Shown: positions 52,356 to 63,241 of the stretch, one piece after another
How the letters are laid out: each line of letters begins with the position of its first letter
Numbering within the stretch: the first letter of the stretch is position 1
Assembly (NCBI GenBank): GCA_010093815.1
Contig: ML996570.1
Source of the DNA: Pseudovirgaria hyperparasitica
Taxonomy: Eukaryota
DNA length: 64,000 bases
Direction: 5' to 3' (one strand)
Notes under the pieces: model-generated
Told to the model about the DNA's origin: nothing
The model's database searches: none
The model's input: only the letters and a program-made list of their open reading frames with translations
Translations under genes and position numbers: made by a program

Positions 52356-54153
52356 ATGTATCTCCGCACCAGCATCCCACTCCTAGCCAGCATCCCATTC
52401 GGCACAACAACAACAACAGCAGCAACAACAACGTCAGACTTCTCCGCAAGATGCACAGCACTCACCTCCACCATCGCCATCCCCGGCGCAACGGTGTGGT
52501 TCGCCGAGGTGGTAGCCGCAGGAACAAACATCAGCGTGCCCGAGTATGCAGAGTACGGGTGTGCAAGTGCGGCGTCAGAGTACAGTGTGCAGCGGGACAT
52601 CTGCCGGGTTGCGATGCGGGTTGCGACGACGGAGCGGAGTGAGATTAGCATGGAGGCCTGGCTGCCGCGCGAGTGGAGCGGGCGCTTTCTGAGCACGGGG
52701 AATGGCGGGCTGGGCGGATGTATGTCAGGGGATGAAGAAGTGTGTGTATGTGTGTGTATGTGTGTGCTGATGAGAGAGAGACAGGCATCCAGTATTACGA
52801 CGTGGCATATGCGGCGAGTCTGGGGTTTGCGGCGGTGGGAACAAACAATGTGAGTGAGTGAGAGGCGGGGGGGGCTATAGTCTCTACAAAGCACGTGCAG
52901 TGTATGACGGGATTGCATATAGGGACACAATGGCACGTCCGGCAAGCCATTCTACCAGAACGAGGAGGTGGTCAGGGACTTTGCCTATCGCGCGTGAGTA
53001 CCTTCGATGTCTAGGGGTTCTCGAGACTGACATGCACAGGATGCACACGGGCGTGATCGTGGGAAAGGAGGTGACGGCGGGGCTGTACGGCAAGGCGCAC
53101 AGCAAGTCCTACTACCTGGGCTGCTCAACCGGCGGACGTCAGGGGTTCAAGGCGGTGCAGGAGTATGCCGACGACTTTGACGGCGTCGTTGCAGGCGCTC
53201 CGGCCCTTGACTTTACCAACCTGATCAACTGGTCCGGCAGCTTCTACGGCAAGACGGGAGCGCCAAACTCGACGACGTTTCTGTCGACGGAGCAGCGCTT
53301 CCTGGTCAACGAGATGGTGCTGGCGCAGTGCGACGCGCTGGACGGCAGCGTGGACGGGCTGATTGAGGATCCGTCGCTGTGCAATCCCCGACCTGAGGCA
53401 CTCATCTGTAGTACCACCACCACCAGCAGCACAGACTGTCTGAGCAGCGCCCAAGTAGCCTCTGTCCGCGACCTCTTCTCGCCTCTCTACGGGCAGAACG
53501 GCAGTCTGCTCTACCCACGACTGGAGCCGGGAGCGGATGCGTTTGCGCCAGGCGGACTCGGCTTGATCGTCAACGGCAGCCCGTTCCCCTACACGGTGGA
53601 CTGGTACCGCTACGTCGTCTACAACGACGCAACCTTTGACGCCGGCAAGCTGACAGCCGCCGACTACGCGGCATGCAACGCAAAGACGCCCTACATCTCG
53701 ACGTGGAAGGGCGACCTGACTGCCTTCCAGCAGCGCGGCGGAAAGGTGCTGACCTATCACGGCACCGTCGACAGTCTCATCTCGCTCGACAACAGCGCGC
53801 GATACTACGAGCACGTGTCGCGCACGATGAGCCTGCCGTCCAGCGCGCTCGACCACTTTTACCGCTACTTTCGCATCTCCGGCATGGCGCACTGCAGCGG
53901 AGGCCCGGGGGCGTGGCAGATTGGAAACCAGGCGGTTGGCAACGCGACACTCGAGGCCGAGGGCAACGTTCTCATGGCCATGGTGCGGTGGGTGGAGGAG
54001 GGCGTGGGGCCAGAGACGGTTACGGGGACAAAGTTTGTGAATGATAGCAAGGTGCTCGGGGTTGAGTTTCGGCGGCGGCACTGCAGATATCCGCAGCGCA
54101 ATGTGTTTCAGGGCGGAGATGCAAAGTCGGCGGACAGCTGGAGGTGCGTGTGA
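52356..54153 (+). CDS. Tannase-family feruloyl esterase
   Basis: EAWLP..WSGRFLSTGNGGLGGC, SYYLGCSTGGRQG, DFDGVVAGAPA, YHGTVDSLI, GMAHC, CRYP; three introns between ~52720 and 53039; start codon uncertain (52221 or 52356). Confidence 0.92.
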
Positions 54154-54603
54154 GGGTTCTTGTGGTATAGATAGATATATGTAGAAGTGAGGGTTGAGGG
54201 AGAATAGAGACGGTCACGTGGGTGCAAGTGTGTGCATGTGCATGCAGTGGTGAGTATGTGGCCAGGCAGATAGGGGGATTAATTGACGGCGGCTGGACGG
54301 GGCGGCATGATTGATGCATGGAACAAGCAAGTTGTGCATTGTGCATTGTGCATTGTGCAGGCCCAACTGCCAACAACAAGATTAATGAGGCGCCGTGGCT
54401 GCAGATGCTTGTGCTGCGTGCTGCATGCGAAGCGTCTAGTCTAGTAATTAATACTCTCTCTAATACCGTCTAGTCGCTGCACATGCTCTCTCTCTCCAAT
54501 GGCGACGGGCCACATCCTGGATAGAACAAAGGAGAGAGAGCGAAAAAGCAGAGTGGCTAGCGAAGGGGTGGGTGGCTGGGAAGTGCTTGATTAATTAGTG
54601 TAA

Positions 54604-54621
54604 GGGGGGGGGGGGGGGGGG
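54604..54621. repeat. G18 homopolymer
   Basis: Direct reading. Confidence 0.85.
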
Positions 54622-55615
54622 AGTGTGGTGGTTGACGTGCGCAGTGCTCAGTGCTCAGTGCTGGCCGGGTCAGCGGTACCTGAGTGAGTTGATGGCGCTG
54701 GCTACTGCTGCACCTCTCTCGCCATGTCAGCTTCTACCTTCGTAGTGGAGTGTAGTGCTATAATATAACAGCAAGCACAGTCATAGTAGCAATAACAACC
54801 ACAACAGTAATTAATAGCAGTCATCCAAGTGCACACAACTGTAGATTCCACTGCTTGCAAGTCAGACCTCGGCAGACTGCCAGACGCGCCCGTGTCAGGC
54901 CTGCACGTGCGAGATGGATGGCGACGCGTCCCGGTCAACAACAACAACGAATTCCACGCCAGTCCCAAACAGGACCGTCAACAAACAAAAACCCGCCACC
55001 CTTGTCGCTCCACTGGGCCGATTATTTGAATTCATCCACTCCTGCCCACATCCCAATCACGTCCTTTTTCCTCTTCTTACCACCCACAACCCACAATCCT
55101 CGCAATCCCTACCTCTACTACCACTACTACTACTCACTCCACCATCCATCTGTTGCCAACGCATCTTCAATCAATCCCATCTTTCCTCCCTTTTTTAAAG
55201 CTGGCTGTCCATCTCCACTAGCTCTTCTTCTCTCTCCTCCATTCCCCTACCTTCTCATCAAGGAGCCAAGAAGTTCTTTCTTGTCTTCCTTTCGGATTGT
55301 TCTTGTAACGAACGGTTCGAGAGGCATTCAAGATCGAACCCCGCGACTCCCGTCAATCTGGACTTTGACGCCCGCGTCCCGATCCCCTTCAGTGTCTTCC
55401 CGTCCTCATACCGGAGTGACGCTGTCACTACACTGAAAGATTCAACCGTCAAGGTAGAGGGTAAGGTCGACCTACACCAGACGACTGCAGACGGACGGGA
55501 AGGTCACGAAGCTCACTATACCGCCGTCTCTGCTGCCTCTGCTGCCCACCCACCACCGCACAAAGACGACCACTACTTTGAAGAGACTGTCCACCACGTC
55601 GAGCGAGACCGCCAC

Positions 55616-55659
<44 letters not shown>

Positions 55660-56330
55660 TCCAACGACAGAGCGCTTTGAAGAAGTCCACATTCACGAAC
55701 AGCGTGAACGTCAACCCTCCTCGCACCACCGCTACGCTCACCACGTAGAGCTCACCAAGGAGCGCGACCAGTAAGTTGCAACTCACTCACTCCACTTCCA
55801 ACTTTTTCCCAGCCTGTCTGCCCGCCTGCATGTCCCCCAAGCCTCACTCTGCACAAATCACACACGCACACACACCCCAGCCAAGCCAGGCCAGCCCCTT
55901 TCATTATTCTCACGCTAGCCACTCTGGCTTGTTTATCATTGTCCAGGCAACGCGTCTTCCTCTCACCGCGTTTTCTCTTTTTCCATCCTGGTCAAATAAT
56001 CTTCCTTCCCTTTTGCCTGCTTGCTTGCTTGCTTGCTTGCTTACCCACTCATCCACTACTTGCCTCTCTTGCTAACATCTATTCTTCCTTTCCCCCTTCA
56101 GATACCGCGAACCCTACCGTCGATACACCGACGCCCAGATCCGCGTCGACAAGACCTCCTTTGATCGCGAGTACCCTGTTACCCACGGTCCCGCTACTCA
56201 CTACGCCGGCTCCCAGCTCGACGTCACCGAACGCGAGTTCCGTCAACGCACCCGTCCCGTACAGGGTGAAGTTCGTGTAGACTCTGCTACCCGGACGACT
56301 GTTGACGCCCCCAAGAAGTACCGCCTTGAT

Positions 56331-57125
56331 ATGGGATATTACGACAACGAAGGTCATCACCACTCGTTTCGTCAAGGTCTCCACCGCGTCGCCGAACGTA
56401 TCCGTCACCCCATTCACGCCTCCCACCGCGACCACCACCACCACTCCTCTCACCACGTCCCATCTGATCGTGAGGAAGTAGTCATCAAGGAATCCCACTC
56501 GGCCGCCTCTGCTCCTCGCGGCTCCGAGAAGCGTACCACCACCGTCTACACCCACGCTCCTGCTCCTGCTCCCGCTGCTGCTGCTCCTGCTCCAGCGTCT
56601 GCCCCTGCCCCCGTCGTCGTTCAAGCTCATCCCGTCGTCGTCGGAGCCTCTGCTTCTACCGCTTCAGCCATGGCTTCTGCAAACACCATCACCATCCCCT
56701 GCCACCACATCCGCATTGGCGACCTGGTCATCCTCCAGGGCCGCCCTTGCCAGGTCATCCGCATCACCACCTCGTCCCAGACCGGCCAGCACCGCTACCT
56801 CGGTGTCGATCTCTTCACCAAGCAGCTCCATGAAGAGTCGAGCTTCATCTCCAACCCGGCCCCCTCGGTCATTGTCCAGAACATGCTTGGTCCTGTCTTT
56901 AAGCAGTACCGTGTTCTTGACATTCGCGAGGACGGCTCCGTCGTTGCCATGACCGAGACTGGTGACATCAAGCAGGGTGTCCCCGTTCTGGACCAGAGCA
57001 ACCTTCTCGCCCGCTTGACCGAGTCCTTTGACAATGGTCGTGGCAGCATTCGCGTGCTCGTCATCAACGACAATGGCAGCGAGCTCGCCGTCGACTACAA
57101 GGTCGTGCACGGCTCCCGTCTGTAG
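56331..57125 (+). CDS. HEX1: Woronin body major protein Hex1 (eIF5A-like fold, PTS1)
   Basis: MGYYD start, TITIPCHHIRIGD..LQGRPCQVIRI, YLGVDLFTKQLHEESSF, GPVFKQYRVLD, C-terminal VHGSRL (PTS1). Confidence 0.97.
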   Translation: MGYYDNEGHHHSFRQGLHRVAERIRHPIHASHRDHHHHSSHHVPSDREEVVIKESHSAASAPRGSEKRTTTVYTHAPAPAPAAAAPAPASAPAPVVVQAHPVVVGASASTASAMASANTITIPCHHIRIGDLVILQGRPCQVIRITTSSQTGQHRYLGVDLFTKQLHEESSFISNPAPSVIVQNMLGPVFKQYRVLDIREDGSVVAMTETGDIKQGVPVLDQSNLLARLTESFDNGRGSIRVLVINDNGSELAVDYKVVHGSRL

Positions 57126-57382
57126 ATGTGCTGCTTCGTATCGGTACCATTACCGGCGCTCGTGTCAATCTACACATACTGTATACATCAACACCAATGT
57201 GACATGAATGCATCTCGGAGTCGTTTCGTTTTGCCGCGTGGGCGTTTTTAATTTCTCATCACATGATCATGTCGACGAAGATGTTGCAACGGGCTTTGAA
57301 TTTGGAAGGGTTGCCTTGCGTGCTAGGCCTGGAAAAGTGTCACTTTATAGTTGGATCGTGGATCATGGATCATGGAGGTCTT

Positions 57383-57549
57383 GGAGGAGGAGGAGGAGGA
57401 GGAGGAGGAGGAGGAGGAGGAGGACTAGTCGGATAGTATGGGATAGTTTATTATAACGATGCCGTCTCTTGGCCTGTCTGCTTGTCTGTCTGCGTGTCTG
57501 TCTGCTTGTCTGTCTACTTGTCTGTCTGCGTGTCTGTCTACCCGTCTGT
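57383..57549. repeat. (GGA)14 tract followed by a degenerate (TGTC)n-based 12-bp repeat downstream of HEX1
   Basis: GGA x14 at 57383-57424; tgtctgtctgcN-type units at ~57474-57549. Confidence 0.85.
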
Positions 57550-58139
57550 GAATTGCAGTTCCGCTGTGCCGATGCAGTGTGCTCTTTGCGGCCTGCCCCA
57601 CGTGGCTGTCGATTTGTTGTGTATGTCGTTGCACGCGAGTACGCGAACACGCGTCTGGATGCCGGATCGGGTTAGAGGTTGCTAGTGCCTGGGGCTGAAA
57701 GTCGATCAGCACTGCGCACTATTATAGGATAGATAGCTCGTCAAGTTTCTAGTAATTTATATCTGGTCTAGCCAGACAACAAAGAGTCCGGCGAGCGAAA
57801 AACCCTGGTTTACATACAGCTGGTTCCAACAACTACTGGAAATCCCTCACCCGTGCCCTGCTGACCAAGCCGAGTAGTAGCTCGCAACCCACGACCCGAT
57901 GCAAGTGCCCTCGCGATGAACGGTTGACAAACATCGATAGCGCCATGGGGCCATATTCCCCTTCTTGCACGAAGTAAGGTCGGACGGATAATTATATAAA
58001 AGAGCATGAAAGTACTTACTGACTTGAAACCAGCAACCAATTCGCTTTTGTCCTTGTAAAGAGTAGTAGTATTTGGGACATCATCCATCCATTCACCCAC
58101 CTACAAGCAAGCCATCCACCGCCCACCCAACGCTCCGCA

Positions 58140-59259
58140 ATGCGCACACCTCGCCATGTCTTCACGGCGGCAGCCATGCTCCTGCTAGCCACGCTCGGCA
58201 CCTCCACACCCGCCCAGCAGCAGCTCTTCCCCCGCGGCCCCTCCGCCGGCTGCGGCACGAAACACGCCTCCGGCCTGCACACCAACCTGCCCTTCCAGTC
58301 CGGCGGCCTGGACCGCACATACGCCGTCTACGTGCCGGAAAACTACAACGCCGACCCGTCCAAGCCGCGCAAGGTCGTCTTTGACTACCACGGCCGCAAC
58401 GGGAGTGGCGAGGGGCAGTACAACAACTCGCAGTATGTTTCTCTGTCTTTCTTTCCCTTTCCCCCTTTTCCCCCCTTTCTCCCTTTTCTCCCACCCGTCT
58501 CCAGAACGCATGTCCACCACCACCACTAACAACCACGTCAGATACTTTGCCTACCCCACCGGCAACACCTACCTCGGCGTCTACCCGTCCGGCTACCCGG
58601 GTAAGAACGGCGAACCCGCCTGGCAAGGCGCCTCCTACGCCTACCCCTCCATCAACGACACCCAATTCACCACCTCCCTGCTCGCCCACATCGCGGCAAA
58701 CTACTGCATCGACCTCTCCGCCGTCTACGCCTCGGGCAAGAGCAACGGCGGCGGCTTCGTCGACACCCTCGCCTGCTCCGACGCCGGCGACGCCTTTGCC
58801 GCCTTTGCCATGGCCGCCGCCGCACTCTACACCGACAACAGTCTGAACAGCTGCAAGGGCGAGAAGTCAGGCAAGCGCAAGCGTCGCGCCATCATGGAAG
58901 CCCACGGCGACGCTGACGGCACCGTCGCGCCCGGCGGCGGCATCGGCAACGGCGGCACCACGCCCAACATCACCACCTGGACCGGCTGGTGGGGTGTGCG
59001 CGACGGATGTGCGGTCGGTGACGCGGTGCCCGGGACGGATAACAAGGGGTACAACACGACGACGTATTCGTGCGGGGCCGGGCTGGACGGCGTGGTGAAG
59101 CAGTATTGGGTGTATGGCGAGGGGCATTGCTGGCCGTCGGCAAAGGGGAATACGACGGATGGGACGCGCGGGTATTGTGGCGTGCATGTCTTGAATTATA
59201 CGCCTGAGGTTATTGGCTTTTTTGAGCGGTGGACGCTGGCGAATGCGCCGGGGAATTGA
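58140..59259 (+). CDS. Secreted CE1-type esterase (FaeC-like feruloyl esterase/PHB depolymerase-like)
   Basis: Signal peptide, SAGCG, RTYAVYVPENY, VFDYHG; intron 58433-58541; NYCID..VYASGKSNGGGF, EAHGDADGTV, GHCWP. Confidence 0.88.
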
Positions 59260-59592
59260 ACTCGTTGCGGTGGGAGGTAGGACTTTCAGGGGCTTCATGT
59301 TGCATAGTGAGTGGATGAGTATGGCTGTTTACTCCTTCCTGCTACTATCTATGCTTGACCTCGAATGTATCACGGCAGGAGCTCAGCCCTATCCTGTGCA
59401 AACGGAAGGTACATCAATGCCTAGATACACGGCCTGCTTCAATCAGCATGTCCATGTCTTACACCATCACTAGCCATCATCCCCCAAAATGCCCTGTCCA
59501 TAGTCAATATACATTACCCCAGCCCATCCACTCGTTCACCACACACCACCATCACTATCACCACCACACCGCTCCTCCAAGCCCCCAACCAA

Positions 59593-60804
59593 ATGTCACG
59601 GAACGCAAAACCCGCATCCACAGACCTCCCCCTGCTCAACCCCGACCCACCCCTCCTCACCATCGCCAACATCCTCGACAAACACGGCTTCCCCACAAAA
59701 TCAGTCCACGACAACTTCTCAGACAACCTCCTCCTCCCCAACACCACCAGCCCAACATCCGCGCCCGGCTTCGCAATCCTCCGGGGCTCAAGCCCGCTCC
59801 TCCGCCCCCCGCGCCCGACGCACCACCGCCTCATCTACGCCAGTATCCCCAGAGACATGCCGGACCTCGCCGAATCCAGCCGTGCCTTCTGTAATCCCCC
59901 TCGTCCGGTTCGGCATTTGATCGCCGTCTACGAGCAGACGGATGCGACGCTGTGGCTGCGCGATGCCGCGTTCTGCTTCCTAGGGTACTACGTCATTGTT
60001 AGCTTTCGTCGCACCATCAGGCAGCGTTTTTTGACTGGCTGGGTGCGCAAGGGAGGGTCGAGCTGGGGGGAGTTGCATAGGGGGCGTGGTGGGCGGTATG
60101 CTAGGGTTTTGCTGGAGAGGGTGCGCGAGCCGGTGCGCGCTGTGGTGTCGGCGTCGTCATTGTCATCATCGTCACCGGCAGGGGCGACGGCACGGAAAGA
60201 TGAGGATGGTGCTGCTACTGTGCCTGACGACTATGAAGCCTCCACGCCTGACCACGACGCCGAGCCACAGCCCTCGCTTGACATGTCCGGCGAATTCAGA
60301 GAAGGCGTGATGGCGTTTGCGGCCATGATGGAGGTCTTCCTACCCTTTACCGACGGCGTGGTCCAGCTGAGCAGATTCATGCAGGAGGCGAGGCGGAAGC
60401 GGAAGTGTAGCAAAGCAGTAGATTGCACGAGGAGTGCTGCTCGGCTGCCGGATGCTGTATCCACGGGCTCGGAGGAGAGGGAGGTGCCAGGGGTATCGAA
60501 GATCCTCTTGGGGACGATAGAGCTGCCAGGGGGACGAGTATCGAGGGTATTCTTTCGCTCGGAAGACCTGGCGGAGGTATCGAGGATGCTTATCGGGACG
60601 GGGGAGCGGTTGGGGGTATCGGGGGTCCTCGAGCTACCAGAGGCATCGGCGCTCATGAATGCAACCAAGACGGCGCTCTCACATAATACGCATTCTGCAC
60701 CCCGGTGTCCTTGCACGTGCGCGACTGTGCAGGACGCCTCGGATAGCGATGAGCCGCTACTGCTGCGAAGACAAAGGAAGGATAAACAGAGAGCTCGTCG
60801 ATAG
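59593..60804 (+). CDS. Hypothetical protein, 403 aa
   Basis: Long uninterrupted ORF with the same C-rich to G-rich codon gradient as the neighbouring genes; no recognised domain. Confidence 0.55.
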   Translation: MSRNAKPASTDLPLLNPDPPLLTIANILDKHGFPTKSVHDNFSDNLLLPNTTSPTSAPGFAILRGSSPLLRPPRPTHHRLIYASIPRDMPDLAESSRAFCNPPRPVRHLIAVYEQTDATLWLRDAAFCFLGYYVIVSFRRTIRQRFLTGWVRKGGSSWGELHRGRGGRYARVLLERVREPVRAVVSASSLSSSSPAGATARKDEDGAATVPDDYEASTPDHDAEPQPSLDMSGEFREGVMAFAAMMEVFLPFTDGVVQLSRFMQEARRKRKCSKAVDCTRSAARLPDAVSTGSEEREVPGVSKILLGTIELPGGRVSRVFFRSEDLAEVSRMLIGTGERLGVSGVLELPEASALMNATKTALSHNTHSAPRCPCTCATVQDASDSDEPLLLRRQRKDKQRARR

Positions 60805-60924
60805 CTGGATAGCTAGTCTTGTAGTACGTAAGGTATACATGTATATATACATAGAATCATACTCAAACCACCATCACCACCACAACCACCATCTCACCCC
60901 TGACCCCTAACCCAGTGAAGCCCC

Positions 60925-61540
60925 CTACAACCTGCTCACAAGCTTATTCCCCTTGGCCACAAGCGACGCCTCAAACTCCTCCTTCGTCGACGCATTCCAC
61001 TTGGCATCGTGCTTGCCCAGCCGCGCCTCCTTGCCCGGAAAGGCAATATACAGCACATCCCGCTCGCCATGCCCGTTGTCCCCACTAACCGAGTCGTCGC
61101 CAAAACACAGCTGCGCCATCGACAGCGAGGCCTCGCCCGTGACTACGCCGCCGTTGACGTCGCCCCAGATACCGTAGATCTAGCATCACACACTCCTGTC
61201 AGCCACACACATCCCAAGCACACAACCCAACCCAACCCAACCCAACAACAACACAAGAAAAAAGAAAAACTCACCAGCTTCCCCCCACAAACAACAGCAA
61301 CAACACTCAACGGCTCCACCCCATGACTCTGCGGACTAAACTCCATCCCCTCCGCCCCGGAATTCCCAAACACCACATACGGATGCACATGCGCGTCCAG
61401 ATCCGCGATCCCGTACTGCGCCACCGTATCCTTGAACGCCGTCTCGCTCTGCTGGCTCCCGTCGTTGCTGCACCGGCCCTCGGTCGAGTGTTGGCCGTCG
61501 CAGTCGATGTCCATGTCTGCGTAGCCTCCGCTTTTGCTGG

Positions 61541-61578
<38 letters not shown>

Positions 61579-61814
61579 AGATACATTACGTTTGCGGTCG
61601 TGTCGTGGCAGTATGTTACGCTGGGGCTGGAGCCGCCGTAGGAGGAGTCGCCGAGTCCGACTTTGAAGTTTGCGGACATGCGGTTTGAGGGCTTGCAAGG
61701 GCCGGATTTGTGGGTGTCGTAGAAGGCTTTTACGTTAGCCGGGAGGCGGATTGCTAGGGTGGTGGTGGTGGTGAGGGTGAGGGTTAGGAGGGTTAGGAGG
61801 GTTTGGGGGTGCAT
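60925..61814 (-). CDS. Glycoside hydrolase family 75 chitosanase, secreted
   Basis: Signal peptide; ADMDIDCDG, QSETAF, LDAHVHPYVVFGN, PLSVVAVVCGGKL; intron 61180-61274; IYGIWGD, GEASLS, DVLYIAF. Confidence 0.93.
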
Positions 61815-63241
61815 TTTTGGTTTTGGGGGTTGGTGAAGGAGTGTGTGGGTGAGTGTGCGGATGGATGGGTTGGATGGATGGGTTGGATGGATGGATGGAA
61901 GAGTGAAAGAGTGAATGAGTGTATGTGTAGAGAATGTGGTACCTGTCCGCTTTGCCTTCTAGGACTCGAGCTACGGCGCTTTTGACATATATATATATAC
62001 ACAGGTACACTCACGACTCACGCACACACACACATAAAGCGGGGCCGTCACGTTTACGTTTCGTTTCGTCTTCTTCATCTTCATTTTTCTTTCCCACGCA
62101 GGCCAGCTGGTTTCCGAATCGTTTCGAGAACGTGGGCTTCCCTCATCAATTACCCGCTTTGTTCGTCTGTCTCGGCCTGTTTCCCCACACATCACACCCG
62201 CACATCCCAGCCTTGGGAGGATTAAAGCTTATAAGAGGAAAGAAATACGGGTGGTGGTATGTCACTGGTTTTGTAGGATGATGGATGGCTAGGATGGCGG
62301 TGTTAGTTGGCCTTGCTTGAGCCACTGCTTGATACTGGACACTGGAAAGACGGCGTCTATGCTTGGTTGTGGACAATTTTTCCTTGGCAAAGGGCATGTG
62401 CTGTGCATGAACGCTGGTATGGGCGTAACTTTGTTTTCTGTTGTGTCGTTGGGAGATGTACACACACACACACGCACACACACAGTTTGGTTCTTGCTGA
62501 ATCGCGGCTGTAGGAGAGTGGTGGGGAACTAATTAAACAGAGGCAGAGTCTCTCACAATACAGTATACAATTACCCACGCCACACTCCTACACCTATAGT
62601 GTCGGCCATCTCTTTGATTTTTAGATGGACGTAATGGTAATGCTAGGAAACCCCGGGCGCTAGTGAGTGTAATGTCTACCGTCTGGTCTTGGCGGCCATG
62701 TAAACACAAGTCTATAGCCCTGCCCTCACGCTCCCCCCTCTCCTCCTGCCCCTCCTCCCCAGGGGCTATAACCATCCCGATGCCCTCAGCCAACATTCCC
62801 GACAACAACTGTATCACCTCTACAAACCGACCGTGATCCGGGAAAGACGATGCTCAATCCATCATCCGAGCGTCTGCACGCGCGCCCCGCCCAACCACGT
62901 TTCAACACGATTCGTCTCCGCGACTAACCGCAATAGGCAAGTATAATACATCAACGTGAAACGGTGCGCCAACAGGGTGCTGCTATTGTTCAACCCTGGA
63001 TCCCCCGGGCGGACATGAGCGGCGGGCGCTTCACCATTGTTTCGTTTGCCAGGACGTCCCGGATGTGTGAAATAAGCAGGAGCGGCGGGATCCAGCAGGA
63101 TGCTGTTTGTGATCTGAGGCTTGGCTTGGTGTGATCGCAGGCGTATCTGCTCGTGTGGCACCCTCATAAATTCTGCTGCGGGAGGCGTTGCCGTTGGGCC
63201 TCCCGGCTTGGCCTGGCCTGGCTTGATGGAAGCTCTTATCG

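Noticed and set aside
53125..54081. 318-aa antisense ORF, and similar shadows at 45379, 48949, 56079 and 56664
   Set aside because: They overlap confidently identified genes on the opposite strand; high GC3 suppresses antisense stops.
61770..61810. gggttaggagggttagg as telomeric repeats
   Set aside because: Not tandem TTAGGG; it encodes the LLTLLTLTL signal peptide of the chitosanase.
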